Shown piece after piece: positions 19,550 to 28,271 of a DNA stretch of 33,448 nt (positions are counted from its first letter, which is position 1; each line of letters starts with the position of its first letter). Source of the stretch: an uncultured Methanosarcinales archaeon (GTDB taxonomy: Archaea > Nanobdellota > Nanobdellia > Woesearchaeales > CAZXZL01); assembly GCA_964645415.1 (NCBI GenBank), contig CAZXZL010000006.1, forward strand, positions 1-33,448, read 5' to 3'. Below the pieces are notes generated by a model. It was given only the letters and a program-made list of their open reading frames with translations, had not been told where the DNA came from and searched no databases. The translations under genes were made by a program, and so were the position numbers.

Positions 19550-19987
19550 TTATTTTAAATTATATTCAGATTCTAATTTGTAAATATTTTCTAAGTTATT
19601 TTCTCTTATATATTCAATGAAATCTGAGAATTCTTCATTTTTTTCATTTTGATATAAATTAACTAAATCTTTATTAAAATCATACATCTTATTTACAATC
19701 CTTTCTGTTTTTTCTTTTTTTAAGTCTTCTTCTAAAATAATTTCTGTTAAGTTATTTTTTCTTGTAATTATTTCATTTAAATTATCTGTTGAAATTAATT
19801 CATCTTTATAAACATCTTTTTCAAATTGTTCATAGAAGTGATTAACTTCTTCTTTGATTTGATTAATTTCATCATTGTATTGATTTTGGGCACTTAAACT
19901 TTTTGAATAACCTGTAAGAATTGAACTTGCAATTAATCCAATGGCAGCATATTTTTTTAGTTTTTTTCCTATCTTATTTTGAAGCAT
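19550..19987 (-). CDS. Hypothetical exported alpha-helical protein
   Basis: Basic N-region plus hydrophobic stretch ending in SLSA; AGGTGA Shine-Dalgarno upstream on the minus strand. Confidence 0.7.
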   Translation of the reverse strand: MLQNKIGKKLKKYAAIGLIASSILTGYSKSLSAQNQYNDEINQIKEEVNHFYEQFEKDVYKDELISTDNLNEIITRKNNLTEIILEEDLKKEKTERIVNKMYDFNKDLVNLYQNEKNEEFSDFIEYIRENNLENIYKLESEYNLK

Positions 19988-20083
19988 AATATCACCTTTT
20001 TTTATATGATGTATTTATGGTAGTTAGAATTAATTTATAAATGTTTTGATATTTTTGTAACTGTTGAGTGAAAAAAGATTATC

Positions 20084-21403
20084 TTACTTTTCTTTTTTTT
20101 CTGGAATTGCACTTGGTGCACTTCCTCCATGCCATGTGAACCTTGGTCTTACTCTCATTGAATATAAGTTTTCATTTGAATCATCAAATAAAACAGCTGA
20201 ACCTTTAACTCTAGGAAGGTGATCCATTTTTGTTATAATTCCTTCTTGCATATAACTTTGGGTTAGTTGAGTTAGAGCTTCAACATCTAATCTTGCAGTA
20301 ACTCTATGAGATAATATAATATCTGATTGTGTTAATACATCTGAATGAATTTTACCTGGTTGTTGTGTTGCTAAAATCAAAGAAATTCCTGGTTGTCTTC
20401 CTTCTCTAAGAATAATCATTAAAGGTTCTGTTGCAGCAGTCTCTTCAATACTTTCTTCAGGCATAAATTCATGAGCCTCATCAATAACAAGCCATACTAA
20501 AGGCATACTTCTCTCATTTAAACCTTCTTCTGTGAAATAATGTAATGCTCCTTTAACAGAATCAAATTCTTCAAATTTTCTTACTTCCATTCTTTGTGTG
20601 AAAAGTTTTTTTGCAACTATTCCTAGCACCATAGATTTTACTTCCCAACCACCTGGCATTGTTGCATAACAACTTAAATCTAGTACTGTTACCTGTCCTC
20701 CAGAAGCTAATTCTGTTAATGGTGTTGCTTTATCACTAAAAACTCCCCAACTTTTTGCTGTTTTAAACATACTTTTTATTGCTTTTTTAGTAGTTGTTTC
20801 TTCTCCTTTTACCATATCTACTTTCTTTAAAATATCGTCAATTGTAAAATTATCTCCTTTATCGTCTTTTAAATTAAGAATTATTTTTTGTAATAATATT
20901 CCTTTTGGTCCAAATTTATCTAAGTTAAAAGTTTTTATCCAATCATCAGTATCTAAATCTCCTGCACGTAAAGAGAAAGCATGATCTGTTGGAACACCTT
21001 GTTCTTTGTATTTTTTATAATATTTTTCAGGAGTATATATTTGTACATCCATTCCTTCTGGTTCTAATCCCCAATCATTTAACAACTTTGCATCTTTTTT
21101 ATTAGGGTACTTCATTGTCCAGTATACTCCCATAGTATCTAAAAGAATTATACTTAAATTTTCACCAACATCTTTATCTAACTTTGCAAACCCTTCTGCT
21201 ATTACACCCATAGTATAACTTTTTCCTCCACCTCTTTTACCACATATAAACATACTATGTGATGTACTTACATCCATTCTAATCGGGTTGGATAAAGTTA
21301 CATTTTGACCCATTGTAATATATTGTTTTCCTAAATATAATGTTCCTTTTTTCCCAAATTTTTCTACATCACTTTTTGACCTACCGGCTATTACATCTCT
21401 CAT
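20084..21403 (-). CDS. HerA/FtsK-superfamily ATPase (DUF87 family)
   Basis: Walker A GKRGGGKS, LDTMGVY, Walker B IDEAH, arginine finger REGR and ATQQP. Confidence 0.88.
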   Translation of the reverse strand: MRDVIAGRSKSDVEKFGKKGTLYLGKQYITMGQNVTLSNPIRMDVSTSHSMFICGKRGGGKSYTMGVIAEGFAKLDKDVGENLSIILLDTMGVYWTMKYPNKKDAKLLNDWGLEPEGMDVQIYTPEKYYKKYKEQGVPTDHAFSLRAGDLDTDDWIKTFNLDKFGPKGILLQKIILNLKDDKGDNFTIDDILKKVDMVKGEETTTKKAIKSMFKTAKSWGVFSDKATPLTELASGGQVTVLDLSCYATMPGGWEVKSMVLGIVAKKLFTQRMEVRKFEEFDSVKGALHYFTEEGLNERSMPLVWLVIDEAHEFMPEESIEETAATEPLMIILREGRQPGISLILATQQPGKIHSDVLTQSDIILSHRVTARLDVEALTQLTQSYMQEGIITKMDHLPRVKGSAVLFDDSNENLYSMRVRPRFTWHGGSAPSAIPEKKEK

Positions 21404-21552
21404 ATATATAATAACTCTTTTTTACTTATTTAAAGTTTGTTTTTCACTTTATAATTTAACACTTAACCAAAATTAATTTATTAGGTGAATATTTGTAATG
21501 TTTTTTTATTTAACCGAAAGATTTAATTATATATAATTTGAATATCTTTTTA

Positions 21553-22215
21553 ATGAAAATAATCTCTTTTGGTGGATCAATTCTTTATGATAATAATTCT
21601 AATTTTAGATATAATTATTTAAAAAGAGTTAAAAAGATTTTAGATGATATTGATGAAAAACTTATTTTTGTTGTTGGTGGTGGAAGACTTGCAAGAGAAC
21701 TTATAAAAAGAGCATCTATCATTGATAATGAAGAATCATATTTAGACAGAGTTGGAATATTTTCAACTAAAATTAATGCTTTAATGTTTTCAAAAATTTT
21801 TGATTCACGATTTATTGAATTTAATTCTTTAAAAGATGATTTTAGTATTATTGAGGATATTAATTCTAATGTAGTTCTCTCTGGAATTGTTCCTGGTGTT
21901 ACAACAGATTATGATGCTGTTCATATTGCTAATGAATTAGATGTCAGCAAAGTTTATAATTTTACTGATGTTGATTACTGGTATTATAATTTAAAAACAA
22001 AAGAACCAATTGAATGTATCACTTATGAAGAATTAGAAGAAGAATTTGATTTAGATTATAAACCTGGTATGAATATTCCTTTTGATCCAAAAGCTTTGAA
22101 TTTAGCAAGAAAACATTCAATTAGTATATATGTTATGAATGGTAATAAAATTTCTAAAATTTCTGATTTCGTAAATAATGATGATTTTACAGGAACAAAA
22201 ATACTAAGTAATTAA
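21553..22215 (+). CDS. pyrH: Uridylate kinase (archaeal type)
   Basis: SFGGS, VVGGG..AR, D.VGI..T..NA, PG.TTD..A, TDVD and G.N.PFDP.A motifs. Confidence 0.9.
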   Translation: MKIISFGGSILYDNNSNFRYNYLKRVKKILDDIDEKLIFVVGGGRLARELIKRASIIDNEESYLDRVGIFSTKINALMFSKIFDSRFIEFNSLKDDFSIIEDINSNVVLSGIVPGVTTDYDAVHIANELDVSKVYNFTDVDYWYYNLKTKEPIECITYEELEEEFDLDYKPGMNIPFDPKALNLARKHSISIYVMNGNKISKISDFVNNDDFTGTKILSN

Positions 22216-22226
22216 TATCTTTCTTG

Positions 22227-22240
22227 AGAAAGTTTAAATA
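22227..22240 (+). promoter_or_regulatory. Putative archaeal BRE/TATA promoter (AGAAAGTTTAAATA) for a leaderless transcript
   Basis: Purine-rich BRE plus TTTAAATA ending 21 nt before ATG 22262. The same geometry recurs at several operon-first genes. Confidence 0.55.
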
Positions 22241-22261
22241 TGATTTGTTTGTAAATTTATT

Positions 22262-24382
22262 ATGAGATTAATATTTAACTTTCAGAAAATATTTTATCTT
22301 ATTTTTTTAATATTAATTGTATCTATTTTTTCTTCTACTTTTGTAATTTCTAATGAACAATTGAATGATTTTTCTCCTGATTTAGGTGATGATTTTTCTA
22401 ATTTACTTCAAGGAAGTATAGACCTTTTAACAACTTCTGTTGTCTGGCAAGGGACTACTTTTCCAATTTGGATTATATTATCTTTTTGGTTATTCTCGAT
22501 TTTATTGATTTATATTGTTTTATCTAAAGCTCCTTTTTTTAATGAAATTGAAGGGATGAAACCTAAAAAAGTAAAATTAGCTTTATCAATTGCTGTTTCT
22601 ATTGGTTTATCTTTTGGAACTGATTTAATCGGATATTGGTATATGATGTTATCTATTATTGGAGTTTGGGGTGGACTTTTATTTTTAATAATCTCTATTT
22701 ACTTTATTTTTGTTTTATTTGGTTCTGGAATGGCTCATACTAGAGATAAAAGAAAAGAATATATGGCTTTTTCAAATGATCCTGATGACCCTGATGACCC
22801 TAACGGTCCTCCTAATAGTTTTAGTTATTCTGATGATGATGGTTCTAGTGGTTCTAATGGGTCTAGTAATCCAAATAACCCTAATAGTCCAAATAATTCT
22901 AACACACCAAACAATCCTAAAAACTGTAAAAAAATAGAGAAACTTTTATCAAAATATCTTCAACAAGCAGAGAATTTTAAATCACCTCTTGATTTTATTA
23001 AAAAAGCAAACTCTCTTTTAGATTCGATACAACAACTATATAAAAATAATTATAATCCAAAAAATTGTAATCATACTCATATTTTGAAAAGTATTAATGA
23101 ATTGTTTTTGAAGTATCTGAATGAATGGGAAAAAAACTTTTATTATTTTTTAAAAGATGTTGTTCAAAAAATTGAAGAATTGTATTCTTATGGTTTAGAA
23201 AAAGATAACTCATTGAAAAGTGAAAATAAGTGGTTTATGGGGCTTAGACAATATCTTAAAATGTTATTAAGGCAAGTGAATGATTTACAGTCTGATTTTA
23301 ATAGCTTGAATGCTTCTTTAAATAAAAGTATTAAATTACAAAAAAGGAAAACAAAAATAGTAACAAAATCGGTTAATAATCTTTCTAAAAAGTTAAATTC
23401 TTATTATAATAAATATGAAAACCCTCATCTTTATGAAAAAAAATATAAAAAATTATTATCTTATCTAAATAATAATAATTATGATAAAAATACTTCTAAC
23501 GAAGAAAAGAACTCTTCAATTAATAGGGAACAATTAAATAATTTAATTGATTATGGAAAAAATCTTAATTCTTTAATAAGAGATACTGTTAAAAAACTAC
23601 CTGCTAAAAAAGAGATTGAAAATTCTTCTAAAAAGTACAATAAAACTTTGAATGACCTTAATAATCATAGTGATAAAATAGAAAAATTAGTAGAATCTGT
23701 TGATAGTACTTCAAAAAAGATTGGGCATAATAATGATTCTAGTTTTAAGTCTAATTTAATTTCTGAATTGAAAGAGATAAAAAAAGTATTCAATGAGACA
23801 ACTAAATTAATTCATAAATCAAATAAAGAGATAGATATTTACATAAGAAAAATAAATGAGTTTATAAATATTTTTCATAACTTTAATATGGGTAGAATTA
23901 AACGTTATCTCTCTTCTTTAAAAAATAATACTTCTGTTTTAGATTCTAATCCTGAATTAGAAGAATTGATAGAAGTATACTTAAAAAACAGAAAGTTAAT
24001 AAAGAAAAATATCAGTCAAATAAATAAAATTAAAGATAACTTAAAGCAAAATAATACTAATTTAATGGCTGATTTAAATAGAATTATTGCATTAAGTAAA
24101 GATTTAAGAAGAGATATAGTTAAAATTGTTAAAAGTCCTGGAAATTATAACATAAATGAAATTAAATCTAAATTAAATGAATTTCAAACTTATCTGAAAA
24201 AATCAAATCATCTAAGAAAGAAATTATTTTCTAAAAATAAAAAATATTTTAATATAAAAGAAGAGATCAATAATATAATTACTAATCAATTTAAAATTAT
24301 TAATTATTTAAATAAACATTTTGAACATAAAACATTAAATAAACTTACCAAACTGAAGAATGATTGGAAAGATAAGTATTAA
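22262..24382 (+). CDS. Multi-pass membrane protein with Pro/Asn/Asp linker and long coiled-coil (paralog A)
   Basis: Signal-like N-terminus, about three TM segments, DPDDPDDPN/NPNNPNSP linker and a long K/N/L-rich helical region. Confidence 0.8.
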   Translation: MRLIFNFQKIFYLIFLILIVSIFSSTFVISNEQLNDFSPDLGDDFSNLLQGSIDLLTTSVVWQGTTFPIWIILSFWLFSILLIYIVLSKAPFFNEIEGMKPKKVKLALSIAVSIGLSFGTDLIGYWYMMLSIIGVWGGLLFLIISIYFIFVLFGSGMAHTRDKRKEYMAFSNDPDDPDDPNGPPNSFSYSDDDGSSGSNGSSNPNNPNSPNNSNTPNNPKNCKKIEKLLSKYLQQAENFKSPLDFIKKANSLLDSIQQLYKNNYNPKNCNHTHILKSINELFLKYLNEWEKNFYYFLKDVVQKIEELYSYGLEKDNSLKSENKWFMGLRQYLKMLLRQVNDLQSDFNSLNASLNKSIKLQKRKTKIVTKSVNNLSKKLNSYYNKYENPHLYEKKYKKLLSYLNNNNYDKNTSNEEKNSSINREQLNNLIDYGKNLNSLIRDTVKKLPAKKEIENSSKKYNKTLNDLNNHSDKIEKLVESVDSTSKKIGHNNDSSFKSNLISELKEIKKVFNETTKLIHKSNKEIDIYIRKINEFINIFHNFNMGRIKRYLSSLKNNTSVLDSNPELEELIEVYLKNRKLIKKNISQINKIKDNLKQNNTNLMADLNRIIALSKDLRRDIVKIVKSPGNYNINEIKSKLNEFQTYLKKSNHLRKKLFSKNKKYFNIKEEINNIITNQFKIINYLNKHFEHKTLNKLTKLKNDWKDKY

Positions 24383-24934
24383 AATAAAAGAAACAAGAAA
24401 CATTTAAATATAATAAGTGAGAAAAGTTATTATGAAAGTAAATTACAATAAATTAAAATTGTTAAACTTTTTCATTTTACTATTATTTGTAACTATTTTT
24501 TCTTCCACTTTTGTAATTTCTAATGAACCTATGGATGATTTTACTCCTGATTTGGGTGAAGATATTTCTAATTTACTTCAAGGGAGTATAGATCTTTTAA
24601 CAACTCCTGTTGAGTGGCAAGGAACAACATTTCCAATTTGGATTCTTGCATCATTTTGGTTATTTTCAATTTTATTAGTTTATATCGTTTTATCTAAAGC
24701 TCCTTTTTTTAATGAAATTGAAGGAATGACTCCTAAGAAAGTAAAGTTAGCTTTGTCAATTGCTGTTTCTATTGGTTTATCTTTTGGAACTGATTTAATT
24801 GGATATTGGTATATAATGTTATCTATGATTGGAGTTTGGGGAGGATTTTTATTTTTAATAATCTCTATTTACTTTATACTTGTTTTATTTGGTTCTGGAA
24901 TGGCTCATACTAGAGACAAAAGAAGAGAGTATAT
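22318..24934 (+). repeat. Dispersed ungapped direct repeat, 22318-22764 vs 24488-24934 (offset 2170), about 90% identical
   Basis: Manual alignment of 22321-22760 against 24491-24930 gave about 44 mismatches in 440 nt and no indels. Confidence 0.92.
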
Positions 24935-25712
24935 AAGTGATGATGCATTAAATAAACCAGTAAAAGCTGTCAAAAAGAAAATTAAAAACTTTACAAATAA
25001 AGAAGAAAAAGATGAAAAACGTGTTTTAAATGATTTAGCTAAAGTTTATAATGATGTAGAAAAATCTCAATCTGAAAGCCATTATGAGAGTGTAGAAAAA
25101 TTATGTAAAAGTTTGATTCGTTCTTTTAAAAATGGTGATTTTGATAACTTTGAAAAAATAAAATATAATTTTAAAAACTTGATTAAAGGATTGGATATTT
25201 TAATTAAAAATGGAGAACATAATATTAATTCTTATACTACATTTGAAAAAAAGTATTCTCGATTTCTTGGAGATAGTATAAATAAATCAGAATCTCTTAA
25301 AAACGATATAAAAGATATGATAAAACAATCCAAAAATCTTAATGATTCTAAGACTGTCAATAAGTTAGAAGATGAAGAGAAAAAATTAAAAAAATTAACA
25401 AAAGATTTGAATTATTTAGCTAAATATTTTCGTAAAATAAGTAATGATTATAATGAATTGGATACTAAAGTAAAAAGTATGAAAGATCATAAATCTCAAT
25501 TGAAAGCTATATTAAAAGGTTTCAAAAAACAGAATTATCAGAATATAAAAATTAATACTACATTAAAAATTTTAAAAGGGATAAAAAAGTCATTATCTAA
25601 ACAAGATAAAATCATTGATAATCTTGAGAGAGGTTTTAAAAAGATATCTAATGGTTTTAAAAAGGTTAAAAATGACTTTGACCAAATAGATAATGTTTTA
25701 AATTCACTCTAA
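24432..25712 (+). CDS. Multi-pass membrane protein with coiled-coil C-terminus (paralog B)
   Basis: Same N-terminal membrane cassette as paralog A with a different C-terminal coiled-coil. TTTAAATA at 24403-24410 supports ATG 24432. Confidence 0.8.
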   Translation: MKVNYNKLKLLNFFILLLFVTIFSSTFVISNEPMDDFTPDLGEDISNLLQGSIDLLTTPVEWQGTTFPIWILASFWLFSILLVYIVLSKAPFFNEIEGMTPKKVKLALSIAVSIGLSFGTDLIGYWYIMLSMIGVWGGFLFLIISIYFILVLFGSGMAHTRDKRREYISDDALNKPVKAVKKKIKNFTNKEEKDEKRVLNDLAKVYNDVEKSQSESHYESVEKLCKSLIRSFKNGDFDNFEKIKYNFKNLIKGLDILIKNGEHNINSYTTFEKKYSRFLGDSINKSESLKNDIKDMIKQSKNLNDSKTVNKLEDEEKKLKKLTKDLNYLAKYFRKISNDYNELDTKVKSMKDHKSQLKAILKGFKKQNYQNIKINTTLKILKGIKKSLSKQDKIIDNLERGFKKISNGFKKVKNDFDQIDNVLNSL

Positions 25713-25801
25713 AAAATATTTTAAATTTACTTTAAAATAATATTAAGATTAATTGAAAAATTCAAAAAGTATTTATATTTATTTTAATTTAAGTGATTAT
25801 T

Positions 25802-26428
25802 ATGTTTGGAATAAGAGATTTTTTTAAAAAATTATTTAATCCATTATTTAAGAAAAAAGATAATGTTAGATTAGGTATCTATGGTCCTCCTAATGGAGGA
25901 AAAACTACTCTTGCAAATCGTATCTGTCTTGATTGGCTTGGAGAAGAGTTAGGAACAGTTTCTAATATACCACATGAAACAAGAGAAATTAGAATCAAAG
26001 AAAAAGTAACTATTGAAGAAGATGGAAAAAAACTTTCTTTTAATCTTGTTGATACTCCAGGTATTGCTACTAAGATAGATTTTGAAGATTTTATTGAAGA
26101 GGGTATGGAAGAAGAAAAAGCTAAAAGTCGTGCAAAAGAGGCAACTAAAGGAATTATTGATTCTATTAAATGGCTTGATAATGTTGATGCTGTAGTTTTA
26201 GTAATGGATGCTACTCGTGATCCTTTTAATCAAGTTAATGTTACTATTGTTGGTAATTTATCTGCTAGAGATATTCCTGTAGTTATTGCTGCTAATAAAG
26301 TTGACCTTAAAAAAGCAGATCCTGAAAGAGTAAAATCTGCATTTCCTCAATACGAAGTTATGCCTATCTCTGCAAAAGATGGAGATGGAATGGATGATTT
26401 TTATAAAAAACTTATTGATTTAATTTGA
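25802..26428 (+). CDS. oapA: Era-like small GTPase OapA/ArvA
   Basis: GIYGPPNGGKTTLANRI, PHETR, DTPG, R..EAT.G, DPF.QVN, ANK.D and SA motifs; amphipathic N-terminus; followed by oapB- and oapC-like genes. Confidence 0.88.
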   Translation: MFGIRDFFKKLFNPLFKKKDNVRLGIYGPPNGGKTTLANRICLDWLGEELGTVSNIPHETREIRIKEKVTIEEDGKKLSFNLVDTPGIATKIDFEDFIEEGMEEEKAKSRAKEATKGIIDSIKWLDNVDAVVLVMDATRDPFNQVNVTIVGNLSARDIPVVIAANKVDLKKADPERVKSAFPQYEVMPISAKDGDGMDDFYKKLIDLI

Positions 26429-26805
26429 TGATAAAAATGACAAAAATTAGAGTAATATCTTATTCGGAAATAGAAGATCTTTCAGTTAATGAAAAAGTTG
26501 AGAAAATTTTAACTTTAATTAAAAATGAATTTGTTGTAGTAATTAATGGAAAATTATCTATTGATGAAAAAAATGAACTTTATAAAAAGAATTTAAGTAA
26601 GATTTCTGAAGATTTATCTTTTCAAGGTATAGAAATTGCAGAGTTATTTGATAAAAAAGAAGATAGTATCCCAAAGAAAGTTAAAAAATTCTTTCTAAAA
26701 ATAGTTGCTGGTAATAAAATAGGACTTACTTTAATTGGTCCTGCAAAAATTATTAAAGAAATTAAACAAGATCCTGATAAAATTGATGTTCTTGCAAATG
26801 TTTGA
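26428..26805 (+). CDS. oapB: OapB/ArvB (DUF2073) family protein
   Basis: EK..KIL, G.L..DE...L, F.GIEIA and GLTLIGPA.IIKEIK.DP..I motifs; TGATG coupling to oapA. Confidence 0.82.
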   Translation: MIKMTKIRVISYSEIEDLSVNEKVEKILTLIKNEFVVVINGKLSIDEKNELYKKNLSKISEDLSFQGIEIAELFDKKEDSIPKKVKKFFLKIVAGNKIGLTLIGPAKIIKEIKQDPDKIDVLANV

Positions 26806-26807
26806 AA

Positions 26808-27188
26808 ATGCCTCACCAATGTGTTAGATGTGGAGAAATGTATGATGATGGTGCAAATGAGCTTTTAAAAGGTTGTAGTTCATGTAGTGGTAAGTTGTTT
26901 TTTTATATTTCTAAAGAAAAGTTAAAAAAACAAGAACAGAAAGTTAATAACTTAAGTAAAGAAGATAGAGAAGAAATTGAAAATGATATTAATGATATCT
27001 TAGGTCAAGATAATATAAATGAAGATCCAATAGTATTAGATTTAGAAAGTGTAAATTTAAGTAAACCTGGAAAGTATCAAGTTGACTTAGTTCATTTATT
27101 TAAAAATGATCCTATTGTTTTTAAATCTGAAGAAGGAAAATATCATATAGATATTTCATCCCTCTTTGAGGATAAGAAAAAAAGTTAG
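26808..27188 (+). CDS. oapC: OapC/ArvC (DUF2072) zinc-ribbon protein
   Basis: MPHQCVRCG...DG..E.L.GC..C.G.LF.Y, ESV....PGKY.VDL and EGKY.I motifs. Confidence 0.88.
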   Translation: MPHQCVRCGEMYDDGANELLKGCSSCSGKLFFYISKEKLKKQEQKVNNLSKEDREEIENDINDILGQDNINEDPIVLDLESVNLSKPGKYQVDLVHLFKNDPIVFKSEEGKYHIDISSLFEDKKKS

Positions 27189-27233
27189 TTTCTTTGAATA
27201 AAAAATATATATGAAAGTTGTGTTCTATTTAAT

Positions 27234-28271
27234 ATGAGATATAAACAATTATTTATGTTAGTTTTGTTCATCTTTTTTCTATCTTTAAGTACTTTTTCTT
27301 TTGAGTCTAATGATTATAATGGTTTTGATAACAATATGAAATATTTTTCATTTGACTTTGAAGATAGTCATGGTCTTTTTAATTTAAACTTTGAAGATGT
27401 ATCTGGTTATAATAGTAATTATGTTTTTTTAGTTAATAATAAAACTAATAACCTTATTGAATTTGATAGATTAAGAATAACTGATATTCGAAATAGAGTT
27501 TATCTTTATAATCTTCCATCTAAAGAAAATTATGAAGTTTTTTTATTTGATAATGATTTAATTTCTGATAATATCTTTTTTAATTCTACTAACTCTAATT
27601 TAAATGTTAATTTTCTTGTTGCTAATCCTTTTGAATTAAATAAAAATGTGGAATTATCTTTTCAATGTGAAGGTCTTTCTGAAAGAGCAGGTGATTTTAT
27701 AGAATTTAGTTTAAAAGACTATGAAATTCCACCTAAAAACATTAAAATTATTAATGAAATTGTTGAAATAGATTATCCTAATCAATACGATTGTTCATTT
27801 GATTTGAATTATCGTGATCGAAATTACAATTTTGATTATGATTTTTTAAAATTAGAACAAAGAGCTGAAAATATTGATATTTCAATAAATCCTAAAGATT
27901 ATGGATTTGAAATGAATTTTATTAATCATAATAATGTAAGTACTGTTGTTGATTTATTTTTTGATTTAGATGATGATGTTGATTTATTTCCAAATAAAAA
28001 ACAAGTAGCTTTATCTTCTGAAAGTGAAAAAAATGTTAACTTTTTTGTTTTTCCAAGAGATGATAATTTGAATAGCTCAGAAGTTAATATTCTTGCAGAG
28101 AATTTAGGTTATCCTATTTTTGAAGAAAGTGTAACTATTGAGTTTTCAAAAGTTTTTAAAGAGAATAGTTTAATTACTTTTATAGTACTAAGTTTTTTTG
28201 CGATTGTTTTATTTTTTATATCGCTTTTAATTAACTTCCCTACAAAAAATGGTGAAAACAATGAAAATTAA
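27234..28271 (+). CDS. Secreted, C-terminally anchored beta-rich surface protein
   Basis: Signal peptide, Ig-like beta-strand patterns and a C-terminal TM helix. Confidence 0.7.
   Translation: MRYKQLFMLVLFIFFLSLSTFSFESNDYNGFDNNMKYFSFDFEDSHGLFNLNFEDVSGYNSNYVFLVNNKTNNLIEFDRLRITDIRNRVYLYNLPSKENYEVFLFDNDLISDNIFFNSTNSNLNVNFLVANPFELNKNVELSFQCEGLSERAGDFIEFSLKDYEIPPKNIKIINEIVEIDYPNQYDCSFDLNYRDRNYNFDYDFLKLEQRAENIDISINPKDYGFEMNFINHNNVSTVVDLFFDLDDDVDLFPNKKQVALSSESEKNVNFFVFPRDDNLNSSEVNILAENLGYPIFEESVTIEFSKVFKENSLITFIVLSFFAIVLFFISLLINFPTKNGENNEN

Noticed and set aside
20084..21403. HerA-based anti-phage system (e.g. Sir2-HerA) or conjugative element
   Set aside because: No effector, relaxase, integrase or attachment sites nearby; the context is housekeeping.
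22318..24934. Diversity-generating retroelement TR/VR pair
   Set aside because: Mismatches are not adenine-specific, both copies are N-terminal coding sequence, and no reverse transcriptase is present.
22318..24934. Assembly duplication artefact
   Set aside because: About 10% divergence with many synonymous substitutions indicates real paralogs.
25713..25801. Canonical ORB-containing origin next to oapA
   Set aside because: Only about 90 bp of AT-rich spacer, with no ORB or G-string motif and no cdc6/orc1 gene in the window.
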